Source: Octopus bimaculoides (lineage: Eukaryota). Taken from it: a DNA stretch of 56,106 nucleotides. The number at the start of each line of letters is the position of its first letter. The stretch's first letter is position 1. Made by a program: the position numbers and the translations under genes. Of this stretch, positions 37,063-48,870 are shown in pieces. Where the stretch lies: contig NC_068999.1 in assembly GCF_001194135.2 (NCBI RefSeq), forward strand, positions 18,596,473 to 18,652,578, written 5' to 3'. The notes beneath the pieces were generated by a model, which was not told the DNA's origin, ran no database searches, and was given only the letters and a program-made list of their open reading frames with translations.

Positions 37063-37387
37063 CTCCCTTCCCGTATATGTAGACGACAGTTTCTGTTATT
37101 GCAGCATTTTCAATGACTATAAACAAATCACAAGAGCAGAGCTTCAATATGGTTAGCCTCATCCTATCATCACCCAGTATTCAGCCGTGTACAAATTTAT
37201 GCTGCATTGAGTAGAAGTAGAAGTAGTTATAATATTAAAATATTTGTAAAAAAACACCCAAAATAAGACTAACTCATTAGTAGTATGATTTTCAATAGAA
37301 ACGTAGTGTTGAAGCAATTACTAAGATGAGGATTGTAATCGTTTGATTTTAATTTTACTATCCGTATCATTTTCATGCCGTCATTTC
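37063..37387 (+). mobile_element. Second Helitron 3' fragment, truncated inside the terminal hairpin
   Basis: Highly similar to 32775-33100 (AFSMTINKSQ; gctgcattgagtagaagtagaagtag; catgccgtcatttc); lacks the second hairpin arm and CTAG. Confidence 0.9.
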
Positions 37388-38434
37388 CCTATCACTCTCC
37401 ACTTTAACAACGTAACCACATGCTGCTTTTCCCCACTATTTAAAGCGCATTGATTACAATCACTTTTCCAGCTGATTTATAGGCAAATGCGTTTTGTGCT
37501 GCAGCTATATATTGTTTGCACTCATATTAATGAAACATTTTTGTATTTATTTATTATTTTTTTAGGTAATATTTCACAGATTTAACTGCCTAAAGAGAGT
37601 CCGAAGATTCAAGGGCCACTTTCAATGAAATTACTCTGACGGAAAACTGGCATGATTGAAAATTCACGAGGAACATGTTATTTTAAGAATACAGTTCGAA
37701 TTGAGATCCCATAGTCTGAATTGAGACGAAAGACTTGCTCAAGATTGTATTCCAGTGGACGGAGTACTACTATACAGTTGTTGACTCGCTTCCACGTAGT
37801 CACCGTTGCAGTAAATAATATTTCACATCTTATAACCTTTACAGTGTTAATATAGCATTGGGCAACACCCATGATGTATACGTTTTGATATTCTACACCC
37901 GTTGTCATGATGTAACTATTTTCCAATATTCAGATGGCTTGCTGTACAATATCTTTGCTAACTTTTCCTCAACTACAATTTAAACTTTATATGCTACAGC
38001 GCCGTTGAATGTTCACTAATAGAAACTCTTCCTGAGAATGGGATATAATGCTCTTAAATTTACCCCAAGCACACTGTATACAGTTTTTTTTCTGTTTCCC
38101 TTCCAGCTGTCGTTTAAACACCACTGAGGACAATCAGAGATAAGAAAGTTCTCCTTTGAAAAATTTGTTGATGCATAAATTAAAACTTATTTTTATTGAA
38201 GGATTTTGACTAAATATTATTTATACTTGCAAAGTCATGTATGCGTTTATCCAACAAACTATTTGTGTAAATCTATATCCCTCTTCGTTTTCTCTTTATA
38301 TATATATATATATTTATAATTACGATTCCGTTGAATCAGGTACTTAAATTCAGGTATTAAGCTGGTTCGGTATAGTCCGCGCAACTAGGAAGTTAGGTGA
38401 GCAAAATTCAAATATGTAACATGGATTTCCATAT

Positions 38435-38532
38435 ATCAATGCATTACCGCCGTTTCGAACGGCTCCATTTAATCAATGAATGGAAACATTACATCAATTT
38501 CAAAGAAACCGCTCTCATCAGACGCAGATGAC
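38435..38532 (-). ncRNA. Type I hammerhead ribozyme with an intact catalytic core and a long stem II
   Basis: Minus strand: gtca-tc-TGCGT-CTGATGA-GAGCGGTTTC...GGAGCCGTTC-GAA-AC(GGCG)GT-A|ATGCA-t-tgat. All conserved core bases present, G10.1:C11.1 pair, GUA triplet. Confidence 0.85.
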
Positions 38533-40916
38533 CTTATAGATTTCCAACATAAAGGTTAACCTATTTATAGCATTTAAAGCATTTATAGCAAATGTATATC
38601 AGTACTAGAAACCAAAATAATTACATTGCTTATTTGTGGCAGAATGAATTCATAGAATAATGCATATCTATTTCAGCTTAGTATTATTTACACTCTAAAT
38701 GTTAGAGATTAGGAGAGAACAATAGAGGGTTTCAATATATAGGAGTGATACCATAGTTATTTATTGTTGTTTATATTTATAAGATGTTATGTAGCATACA
38801 GTCTACAAACATTTAGAATTAAATTTATTGGGAGTTGTCACCTGTGTTCCAGCTAATGGTGGCAATGTAATGTCAGACAACCTCCCAGAACCTTATTTTA
38901 CTGGAACCATATATCTAGCTTTATCTACATTAAAGGATGTCTCAGAGCTGCTAGTGAGAGAATGACTGAGGACGAAAGGCGATAACTAGAAGAAGGAATG
39001 ATGGGCGTTGCTAGTCCTTATTTAGAATATCAAATAAAAAGGGAATATATTAACAAACAAAAGAGATTAAAATAAGCTCTAGCTGTGGGAATAAGAAGTG
39101 AGGGATATGGGATAGGAAATTTATTATATTATATTTAGAAAAGAATTATAGTACCCCGTTATTAAGTTTCAAGTCTAACTTCTGTCCTTTTCCTACATAT
39201 TGATTATATTTATTTATATTTCATTAACGAATCTCAAAATCATCCCTTTATTTAGAAGACGAAAATGTACGTTGATTACGTTGATTACAGAATTAGAGCA
39301 TTTTAGGTCTTACTTCTAGCAATATAGGTGTTTTTAAAATCTTAGTCACTTTTAGTGACAATTATAATTCTCCATGTTGGTGAGACAGTGCAAACTGGTG
39401 GTTATATTCATAAGAATAAAATAAATATATGTAAATATATATATATATATATATANNNNNNNNNNNNNNNNNNNNNNNNNNNNNNNNNNNNNNNNNNNNN
39501 NNNNNNNNNNNNNNNNNNNNNNNNNNNNNNNNNNNNNNNNNNNNNNNNNNNNNNNNNNNNNNNNNNNNNNNNNNNNNNNNNNNNNNNNNNNNNNNNNNNN
39601 NNNNNNNNNNNNNNNNNNNNNNNNNNNNNNNNNNNNNNNNNNNNNNNNNNNNNNNNNNNNNNNNNNNNNNNNNNNNNNNNNNNNNNNNNNNNNNNNNNNN
39701 NNNNNNNNNNNNNNNNNNNNNNNNNNNNNNNNNNNNNNNNNNNNNNNNNNNNNNNNNNNNNNNNNNNNNNNNNNNNNNNNNNNNNNNNNNNNNNNNNNNN
39801 NNNNNNNNNNNNNNNNNNNNNNNNNNNNNNNAAAACGTTTTTCGTCAGTAAAGTATGTTTTTAGAGAGAAATATTATCTTCCTATCTTTGATCATAAAAA
39901 CGCGTAATATGTTTTCTCAAAAAATAGTCTTCTTTAATTTATATTTATTTTATCGTTTCTGAATCTATCACTAAAATGTAAAATTAAATTACAATTTTTT
40001 CACATATATACGCTGAAATACATATTTCTCTTTTCTTACACGTTTACGTATTAAATTTATTTACTTTCATCGATGTATTTTACAGTTGTACAGCGTTACA
40101 TGGCCGTACTGCCTCGATAATTGCATTAAGGTGTTTTAGTGATCAAAGATAAGAAGATAAGGTATTTTACGAAAAATATATTAAATTCAAGTTTATAAAT
40201 TAGAATAAGTTTCAATATAGATGTTAAACAAAAGTTGTCTGTTCAATTTTTGTATTTGTCTATATTTGACTACACACGCATTGGTTGGTAAGCTGTGGAG
40301 TACATTTTATTTCATTTCTTTTATTATTTCTAACAAATATTGCGAAATATATAAACTGCTTTTAACCATCAAACGTTCATCGAGTAATTATTAGTGGATG
40401 ATATATAATGAATCTTTAGAATATGCAGTGGCGTTACGGATGGGTGTGCAGCAATAAACCTGGTGCGGGTCACTATTGAGTTTAAGGATGAGAAATGCCA
40501 ATATCGTCAACAATCCCAGTACAATTCTATATGGTAAGTCAGAGTTTGATATCTACGTAGAAGCAGGACGTTTAAGAGAGCGGTAAACCGGAGTTTGCAG
40601 TGTTTCCAAGTCATAATACAGTCGAAATGAATTACAGGTTTAGAGATACCACAGATGTAGCACATTATTAGTTAGTGTAGTAAAAAAAAAAAGAAAAAAA
40701 ACAGGAATTAAAATTAAGAAACAGTCGATGCAATGTTAGACATTTGTGCAGAGTGTTATCACTGTTACTAAAATTATTCAGCTGATTACCATGTGTAAAG
40801 TAACATGTTTATAAATTAACATAGAAATCATTGCAAGGGCATACGTGTATATAGTCAAATAAACTTGACTAATGGTACGAACAACACTTATATTGCTAAA
40901 AGCATGCTCAATTATG

Positions 40917-41375
40917 CTCGGATATGGGTTGCTATCGCCCTGAAGACAGAAGTGAGAATTCGCTAGACTGATCGGCAAGTTTCGGCGAATTTCGTAGCAA
41001 TCTTAACTAAGGCCAGCTCAGTGGGTTGATTCCAGGTTACCTCACCTATCAGACTATATATATATGTTCACCATAAAAATATATTGATGGTTTAGGAGTT
41101 CGCTAATGTGTATAGAAAGCATTAATAAAAATAGCCAACAGTCGTTGTGAATAACTGCACTGGATCATCCTAGCTCCTATTAGTAGGAAAGTAGGTGTTA
41201 GACTATTTTGGTGAATATATATATATAAATATATATACTGTGATAGGTGAGGTAGCCCGGAAGCAACCGAACGAGCTGGACTTACTGAAGATTGCTACGG
41301 AAATAGCCGATACTGGCCGATCAGTTTAAGAAAACCTCGGTTCCTTATGCAGGGCGATTGCAGCACCTATCAGAG
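40917..41375. mobile_element. Fold-back MITE-like element with about 160-bp imperfect terminal inverted repeats
   Basis: Arm 40917-41073 aligns end to end with the reverse complement of 41209-41375 (atcgccctg, actgatcggc, cgtagcaatctt, ccagctc, tacctcacctatca, ttcacca); 135-bp spacer; TA at right flank, TG at left. Confidence 0.85.
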
Positions 41376-41616
41376 TACATATTACGTGCTTTTTGATAAC
41401 ACTGCACCACTTTAGCATCTACTTTTAGCAATGTAGGTGTTATTCACATCTTTCTGCAAGTTTAATTGAAGGCTATAATTTTACTTTACGCTATATGTTG
41501 CAAACAGGTATTTTTATTAATTATATGTATAAAGACAGACAGAAAGACACACACTCAAACATACATACATACATACATACATACGTACATAGATACATAC
41601 ATACATGCATGCATAC

Positions 41617-41664
<48 letters not shown>

Positions 41665-42621
41665 NNNNNNNNNNNNNNNNNNNNNNNNNNNNNNNNNNNN
41701 NNNNNNNNNNNNNNNNNNNNNNNNNNNNNNNNNNNNNNNNNNNNNNNNNNNNNNNNNNNNNNNNNNNNNNNCTCTCTTTAGTCGAGATCCAGGATATTTT
41801 TCCAATTTGAAGGTTCTTTACACTAATAAATTTATGTTAAATATATAAAAGGGTGATGAATTGAGAAATTTATCAGGGAGAAAAATGAGAGAGCATTTAC
41901 ATGTTTTACCTAAGTAAACAGATTCCGGTGTTCTCCGCTTTAAAATGCATTTCAGTCAACGAAATTAAAGAGCTATTCAAAAGGAAAAATAAAATAAATT
42001 ACGTATTTCATTGGCTGTCTGATAATCCTACTACAAGCATTAACCAAAAAAAAAAACAACTATTAGAAAAAACGAATTACAGCACAATATGATCTTCATG
42101 TAATGGAAAATTAACTGCCAGGATTAATAATGTGAAAGATTAATTCAATTTAATTCATTTTGTATAATGTTTCTTTTAATTTAATTCATGACTAAATCTT
42201 CTGCTTAAAGCGACAGAAAACTGCTGCCTCAGTTAAAACTCTGAACGAACCCTTACTTTTTAGCATTTTAACGTCCTCAATGCATTTTCTTTTTATTTCA
42301 AAGTTTAATATATGTATATAGAAATGATAAGAAGTCAAAGTAAATTATTTAACACATCTTCAATAATTCGTCCAGTTGTTTCTGTATTTGCAAATCCAGT
42401 TTAAGCAAACATTCGAAGTGAAAATTGACATAACGTTTACGGTTTTACATATTAGGTAGACACTTAATGAGACTTTCATCAAAGGTGTGCTGCCATATCG
42501 TACGTTTTCCAGACCATGTCTGTCGGCTTCTATCGAGAGGAAACAAAAAAAAAGCTAAATAAAAGTGTGGTTATAAAATGAGTAATTGGGAAAAGATTAT
42601 GTAGTGGTGGGTCAAACGGTA

Positions 42622-42709
42622 GAAGAAGAAGAAGAAGAAGAAGAAGAAGAAGAAGAAGAAGAAGAAGAAGAAGAAGAAGAAGAAGAAGAAGAAGAAGAAN
42701 NNNNNNNNN

Positions 42710-42745
<36 letters not shown>

Positions 42746-42746
42746 C
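42622..42746. repeat. (GAA)n - 10-N gap - (CAA)n
   Basis: Direct reading. Confidence 0.95.
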
Positions 42747-43639
42747 CAACAAGAATATAGTGGGGAAGGGGAGTAGAAGTACAGAAAGAAGAGGGGGAAG
42801 GAGAAAGAAAAGAAAAGGAAAATGCAGGAGTACTGTAGCAGTAAAATCTCGTGGACCCTTCTTGAATGGTGAAATGACTTACAAGTGAACTGTTGCAGTC
42901 GTAGCAGAAGTGGTTGGGATTGTTCTAAATTCTTGTATTAGTTTCAAATGTGTTAGTGGTGGCATTCAAAATAAGTTTATCTATTGCAATAAAATATGCT
43001 ACTTTGCTAATGCGCTAATTATAGGTTGCATTGTCTCTGAATTTATTGAAGAAAATAATTCTTTAATCGTGTTGTTCGTTAGTGGCACAAATATCGATTT
43101 GCACGCTTAATTTTCCTGTATCCTTGTATGTTAATCCGGTATCTATGTACCATCATTCCCTGGCGTAAACTGTCTTTAGTTCGACCATATATTTACACAA
43201 TAAATCCTGCTTTAACCATCACCTCTGTGTACCCAAACTATTCCGTTAGATTTACCATTACCCACCTACGAGGCATTTATAGAGATAGAGATATTTAAAG
43301 GCTATGGAATCTACAAAACATTTCACTTAATATTTGTCTCCAATTTAATTGTTTGTCTTGTTTTAGTCTTAGTCGAATATGTCTATAAGACGGAAACTGG
43401 TACTAACATGTAATGTACTTCATGATAAAATTATTTTTGCATCTTCTACTTTATCTTATCTTCCGTATATATAAACTTCATCGGTAAGGCCGGAACAATG
43501 CGAAATAAATCAAGGGTAAATCATCAGAAACAGGTATATGAATTAATGGTGACTTACCCTGCATTCAATATTTCAGGAATAAACGAATGTTGCAGATGTA
43601 TATGTGTGTATGTGGGGTGCAGACATGCGCAGAAGAATG

Positions 43640-43830
43640 TTGTTATAGCAACCAGCTAGCTTCATGTAACTCTCTTCTCTTCTTGATAGTCGGCTTCGTA
43701 GGTATATTGATATGGCTTCGAAGATTCTAAGCTTTCTTCTGTTGCGCTGGGTTCTCCTTATTTTCTTTGTGAATTCTCCGGTCTGACATTTTCGTAGCGT
43801 TTTCTTCACAGAAGTGTCTATCTGGATAAT
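43640..43830 (-). mobile_element. Probable Penelope-like GIY-YIG C-terminal relic
   Basis: KI..RNRRKLRIFEAISI followed by a frameshifted KPTI..REE resembles the PLE endonuclease end (KLRILEA.I..KP.LN). Confidence 0.45.
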
Positions 43831-44540
43831 CTGGAGCCTGAACCCGTAGAAAATACTGCTAGTAAAACATTTCGAGAATCTGAAGCCACTTACATTATAA
43901 TACATGATTTTGTGCTAAAATGCATAATGTATGTAGCATAATGTTTTGTGTCTGCTTCTTAGAGAATCAAAGCTAATTATTTAAATATGACGCTGTCTGC
44001 ACTGTTCTATTTATAATCACCAGCTATTATATTATAATAGATTTTATGAAATGTAATTCCAATAGATACCAACAATATTTATTTTTCCGTAAGAAATACG
44101 CAAAACTATTTTAAAACAAAGGAAAATTATTCATCTATGCTCTCCCGTTTGATATAACCGTTTCGTTACAATTTTTATGTTCACAACAATTCTTGTTGCG
44201 TTCATTAAATACAGAGAAGTGAATCATCTGTTTGCTATTTTTCGGAAGCCACATCATATACCTGCAGCATATTTCATTTCCGTTCTTTTTCCCCATGAAA
44301 AAATACGCGTTAAACGAATTAGTTTCAATTAAAAAAAATAAGTTAAAGAGATATATGCTCACCTCTTTTACATAAATTTTCCTTTGTTTTTTTCATTTTT
44401 CTTTTCTGAAAACATCTTGAGCATGAATGGACACATTCGTCTGTGCCGGATACGATCGGTCGGCAAAACTATGACAAGAAAGCGCAAGAAAAAATATGAA
44501 AAGTAAAACATTGGAAAATTAACTTTATTTTATTCGTTCA

Positions 44541-44596
44541 CATTTTCTTAGAATGTTACATTTTCCTAGAATGTTACATTTTCTTAGAATGTTACA
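44541..44596. repeat. 18-bp unit x3 tandem repeat, catttt(c)(t/c)tagaatgtta
   Basis: Direct reading. Confidence 0.92.
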
Positions 44597-44604
44597 AATC
44601 ATCT

Positions 44605-44820
44605 GAAGGCTGCGAGTTGGCAGTATTATTAGTACTCAAAATACTTAGCGTTATTTCCTCCGTTTTCGCATTCTGGGTTCAAATTCAGCCGAAATCGACT
44701 TTGCCTTCCATTGTTTCGGTGTCGAGAAAATAACTACCAGCTAAACACTGGTCTCGATATAATCGATTTACGCCTTTCCTAAAATTGCTGGCCTTGTGCG
44801 AAAATTTGGAACCAATATTA
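44605..44820 (+). mobile_element. SINE family B
   Basis: gcgagttggcag..ttctgggttcaaattcagccgaaatcgactttgccttccat..ctaccagctaaacactggtctcgatataatcga. Confidence 0.85.
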
Positions 44821-45819
44821 CAGATTACCTGAAACAAAAAAATATGGAAATAAGAAAATAAAAACTGAATTTATATTTGCAACAGTATAAATTAGAATCC
44901 AATTTGTTTGATGATAGCGATGCCACCATAAGAGGCATTAACATGAAAAGCATAATAATCAGTTATTACCTATAGTATTAGTAAAACTGGCTATAATTAG
45001 TAAAACCAAAATATGTAAAGATGAAGGATACTTATAATTAAATCATGTTGGTAAGTAGCTATAGAGATAATCAATAAGTTGATGACATGTTATCAGTTTT
45101 GCCAATAGCAGTGGAAAATTAACCACACTCTATCATTTATTGAAGAACATCTCATATTATTTTGTCCCTGATAATTGAGCAATCACCTTTTGATAGGCTT
45201 GCAAGAATCTAATTTACCGAATGTGTATCACTCAAAACAGAATCTAATTTTCGGTTAATTAGATGCATCTGTAAATTTTTACAGATATTTGTCTAGCAGT
45301 GCACATCTGAAAGATTCTGTATTTACATACCAAGCGGTAAAATATACGAGAAGTACATATTTGAATACTATAATACACTATTTATGCCAAGATAGAGGTG
45401 AAAATTTAATAAGAGTTTACAAAGTGAAAAGTTTCCCAAATTGTCACAGTTCCTCTGGATACTCCATTAGCACAGCAACACTTCAAAGAACATCAGACGA
45501 TGTAGATGTAAAAGAGCCGCATCCCACTGACCCGTGTTTCGCTATTCAGAGGTCCTCCTCACAGAAAAGCTGCATACGCTCAAACAACTTGCAATATCTA
45601 CCAATCTAGCATTTAAAAGACTGACGTTTCAAATTCTCTTCATATTAGATACTAATTTTAATATAATATTGAAAATCTAACCCCATCAAACTCCATATTC
45701 TGTTTGTGACATACTTGCTGTTATACACGATCACTAATCCTACTACGGTATTTCAAAGCTGCTTCAGATACTACAAAACCCAAGGCATTGGAGTCCTATG
45801 TCTACATGGTATTTAACTG

Positions 45820-48800
45820 TTGCTGCTAAGATGTTAATACACTAACAACGCCAAATTTGACCATGGGACGTTAAGCTCTTTTGCAAGGCATATATCCTCA
45901 AATAGTGAAAAGCTGATTCAACAAACATTAATATCTCTGAAGTGTTAGATACGATGTCATTGAGTTCATATGCATTAAACAAATCAGACATGTCAATGGA
46001 AAAATGTTACAGAAAGAACAAAGGGTTATGCAAGTTTCGAATCCGTAGACAAGAGGAAGTAATGATCGTCTTATGGTTTTATGATCCCTAGAAAATATGT
46101 TACACTAGTTGTCTTTACACATGCTACTAACATTCGATTTAGGAATATTACTGAAGTATATTTTCTGTCAAGATATTTTCTTCTCTTAGGAGATTCTAAT
46201 GCTCATAGTCGATTAGATTACCTATCTTGGCCAAAACATATTGGTAAGCATGGTCTAGAAAAATGAGCACAAAGGGATCCCTGTTACTATCTTTGTGTTG
46301 TGAATTTAGAGTTTTCACCAACAAACAATTTCCTTCATCCATTTGCAGCAAAATAACTTGTTATTCTAAATCAGGTCATGCAAATTTGATTAACAATGTA
46401 ACTGTCTAAGGCTTACATAGAAATGATGTTACACTAGCACGTTCTTTCCATAACACAAATGTTGGTCTGAATATATTATACATAAAAGGGATACCAAAGT
46501 CGGTCATAGAACAAATGGTAAACTAATTATTCTGAAACTCTATATTTCAAAGCTCAAAATAGGAAACAATAAGGATATCCTCGCCCAAAATATTGGTGAA
46601 AATCTACAAAATGTTACAATCAACGAAAATATACAAGAATGCCGCGGTCAATGTAGAGTTACTATTAATGAGTCGTCCAATTTGTGTTTTCTTCTTGTAA
46701 AACCAAGATTGGGTTTCATGAAAATTAGGTTATAAGTAAACAGCTGTAGGAAATTTGCAGATGTCACAAAGAAGGGTTTTCAAATAAGAACTCTGCGAGA
46801 AGAAACATTCTATACGAATTAAATTCCGAAAAATGAGGTAAAATTGTTCGAAGCAAACGGCTGAATCTGAAAGAATCAGCAGAGAAAACCTAATGTCTTT
46901 GTCAAAATTTGAAGGGAATATTTCATCCAAAGAAGGTTGCTTTTCTGTTTTTGTTTACTTTTTTACTGATGGTATCTTCTCACACATTGTTTTGATGCGT
47001 TCAAACGCTGGACAGAACATTTTAAAAGTGTAGATGAACGGAAACAAATTAAGACCTAAACGGAAACAAATTAAGACCTAAACGCAAACATTAATATCCT
47101 CTAAAGACTAGTAATTGATTCTTTCACACTGGATCTATGTTTGGATGACGCGAAAATGCATATAAACAATTGATAAATGTAAAAACAGCTAGGGATGAAA
47201 GTGTTCCTGTAGAAGTCTTTAAATGTAGCCTTAATCCTTTGATAGGTAAATAATATAAAGAAAGAATTGTATTTGTAAGACAAGTGGATGGACACATACG
47301 ATAAACAACAAATATAATTAATCTTGGCTAACTTATTTGCCTGAATATACTATATAGGATTAGTCCCGCAACAATGTAACGATGCATTGATCGTACACCT
47401 CTATAAGCATCAAGGTAATGTGTGAATGTGATAATCTGCGTGCAATATCGATGCTTTCTATTGCAGAAAGCATGCTCTATATTGCCATCTTATGCAGAAT
47501 TATCATTAACTTAGTTGGTAATCTCTAACCAGAATATCAGTGTGGGTTTATATCATGTCAGGGGTCAGATGATTTGACATTCAATTTACAAAACGTTCGG
47601 GAGAATGTCCGGGAGCACAATAAAGGCATAAATTGCAGTAGGCATTAAAATATTTAACCGTACGCTAGCAGGATTTGAGGGAAGCTCAAGATTCTTCAGC
47701 GAATGCTAAACGTCATAATGCCGCGATACAAATATATGGAAGCAATTGTTTTCACTAATGGATGTCGCCTCAGACTTTTGCTGTTAAAAAATGTACAAAA
47801 CAAGATTATTATTTTCGCACACCAGGAATATTTGCTCTGTTTTAGCAGTAATGCTCTAATGTACCTTTTCTAATATAGAAGAAGAAGGCGTGTTTCTTGA
47901 ATATAAGACAACGGTGGCATCTTTACCCAACAATGCTTCAAAGCAAGGACCATAGTTACTTTTCAAACAATACGAGATTCAGTGTTTGCGGATGATTGCA
48001 TCCTAGTTGCTCATATACTCAAGGGAATCCAACATATCATTGACAATTTTGATGCCACAGCTAGATCTTTTGGCTTATGCATTAGCATTAAAACGTCTGA
48101 ACTGCTGTTTCAGTCATATCCTGATAACAATCCAGGAATTATGCACAGATTATTCATTGAAGACACAAATTTCAAAGCATTTTTTTTAATTTCATATATT
48201 TCAGTCCTACGGCAACAGACGATGCTACACAAGATAATGAGGTATAAATTCGCATTGGAAATGACAGTAAAATTTGTGGGAAGCTTTATGGTAATGTTTG
48301 GCATATCCATGATTTCTCAGTGAGAACAAAAGTAGACGAACGTACGTCAGACGTCCTGACAACTCCTTTATATGGAAGGGAGATATGGACAGCTTATCGT
48401 AAACACATTATTTATGAGATGTCTTAGGCAAATATGCAAAGTTGAGTGAGATTGTACATTAAATTAGAGCACTGTCCTGGAAATTCTTTTGTATACCACT
48501 TAAAGACGTTTTCTGCATGTGTGCAGACAAAGTTATCCCATGAATGATGGTCGAATTCCACAACAAATATTTTATGTGCAGCTTGAAAATTCACGAGTCA
48601 ATGTAGGACGGTTACTGCCATGGTATAATGTGAAATTCAAAAGTAATTTGAAGCGTCTGAACATTAGGAAAAATTTCTGAAAATATGGCCAACAAACCTG
48701 CGAAGTGTGGGAAGTGCTATTTCTAGCTTCAAAACTTTGAGACTCTGTTACGGGAAAATAGATGAATAAACCAGCAATGTCCATTAGGAGTAAACCAGCA

Positions 48801-48870
48801 CTACCCAAGTGACCTTGCTAAGCCAGGTTACGTGCTGGCGTATAAGTCAAACACGTAGACGTAGTCATCC
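45820..48870 (+). mobile_element. Decayed near-full-length RTE-clade LINE (APE plus RT)
   Basis: Ordered remnants LLGDSNAH (APE), RWTEHF, SVPVEVFK, CDNLRAISMLSIA, FADDCILVAH..FGLCISIK (RT), MNDGRIPQQIFY..SNLKRLNI; about 3 kb, as expected for RTE. Confidence 0.85.

Noticed and set aside
37678-38060. ORF 37678-37926 and an upstream AWGKFK motif as a gene or LINE
   Set aside because: One short motif only; not enough to assign.
43812-43928. 117-bp plus-strand exon candidate SVYLDNLEPEPVENTASKTF...
   Set aside because: Splice sites are good, but it overlaps the antisense strand of a probable Penelope relic, which can explain the open frame; unsupported without RNA data.
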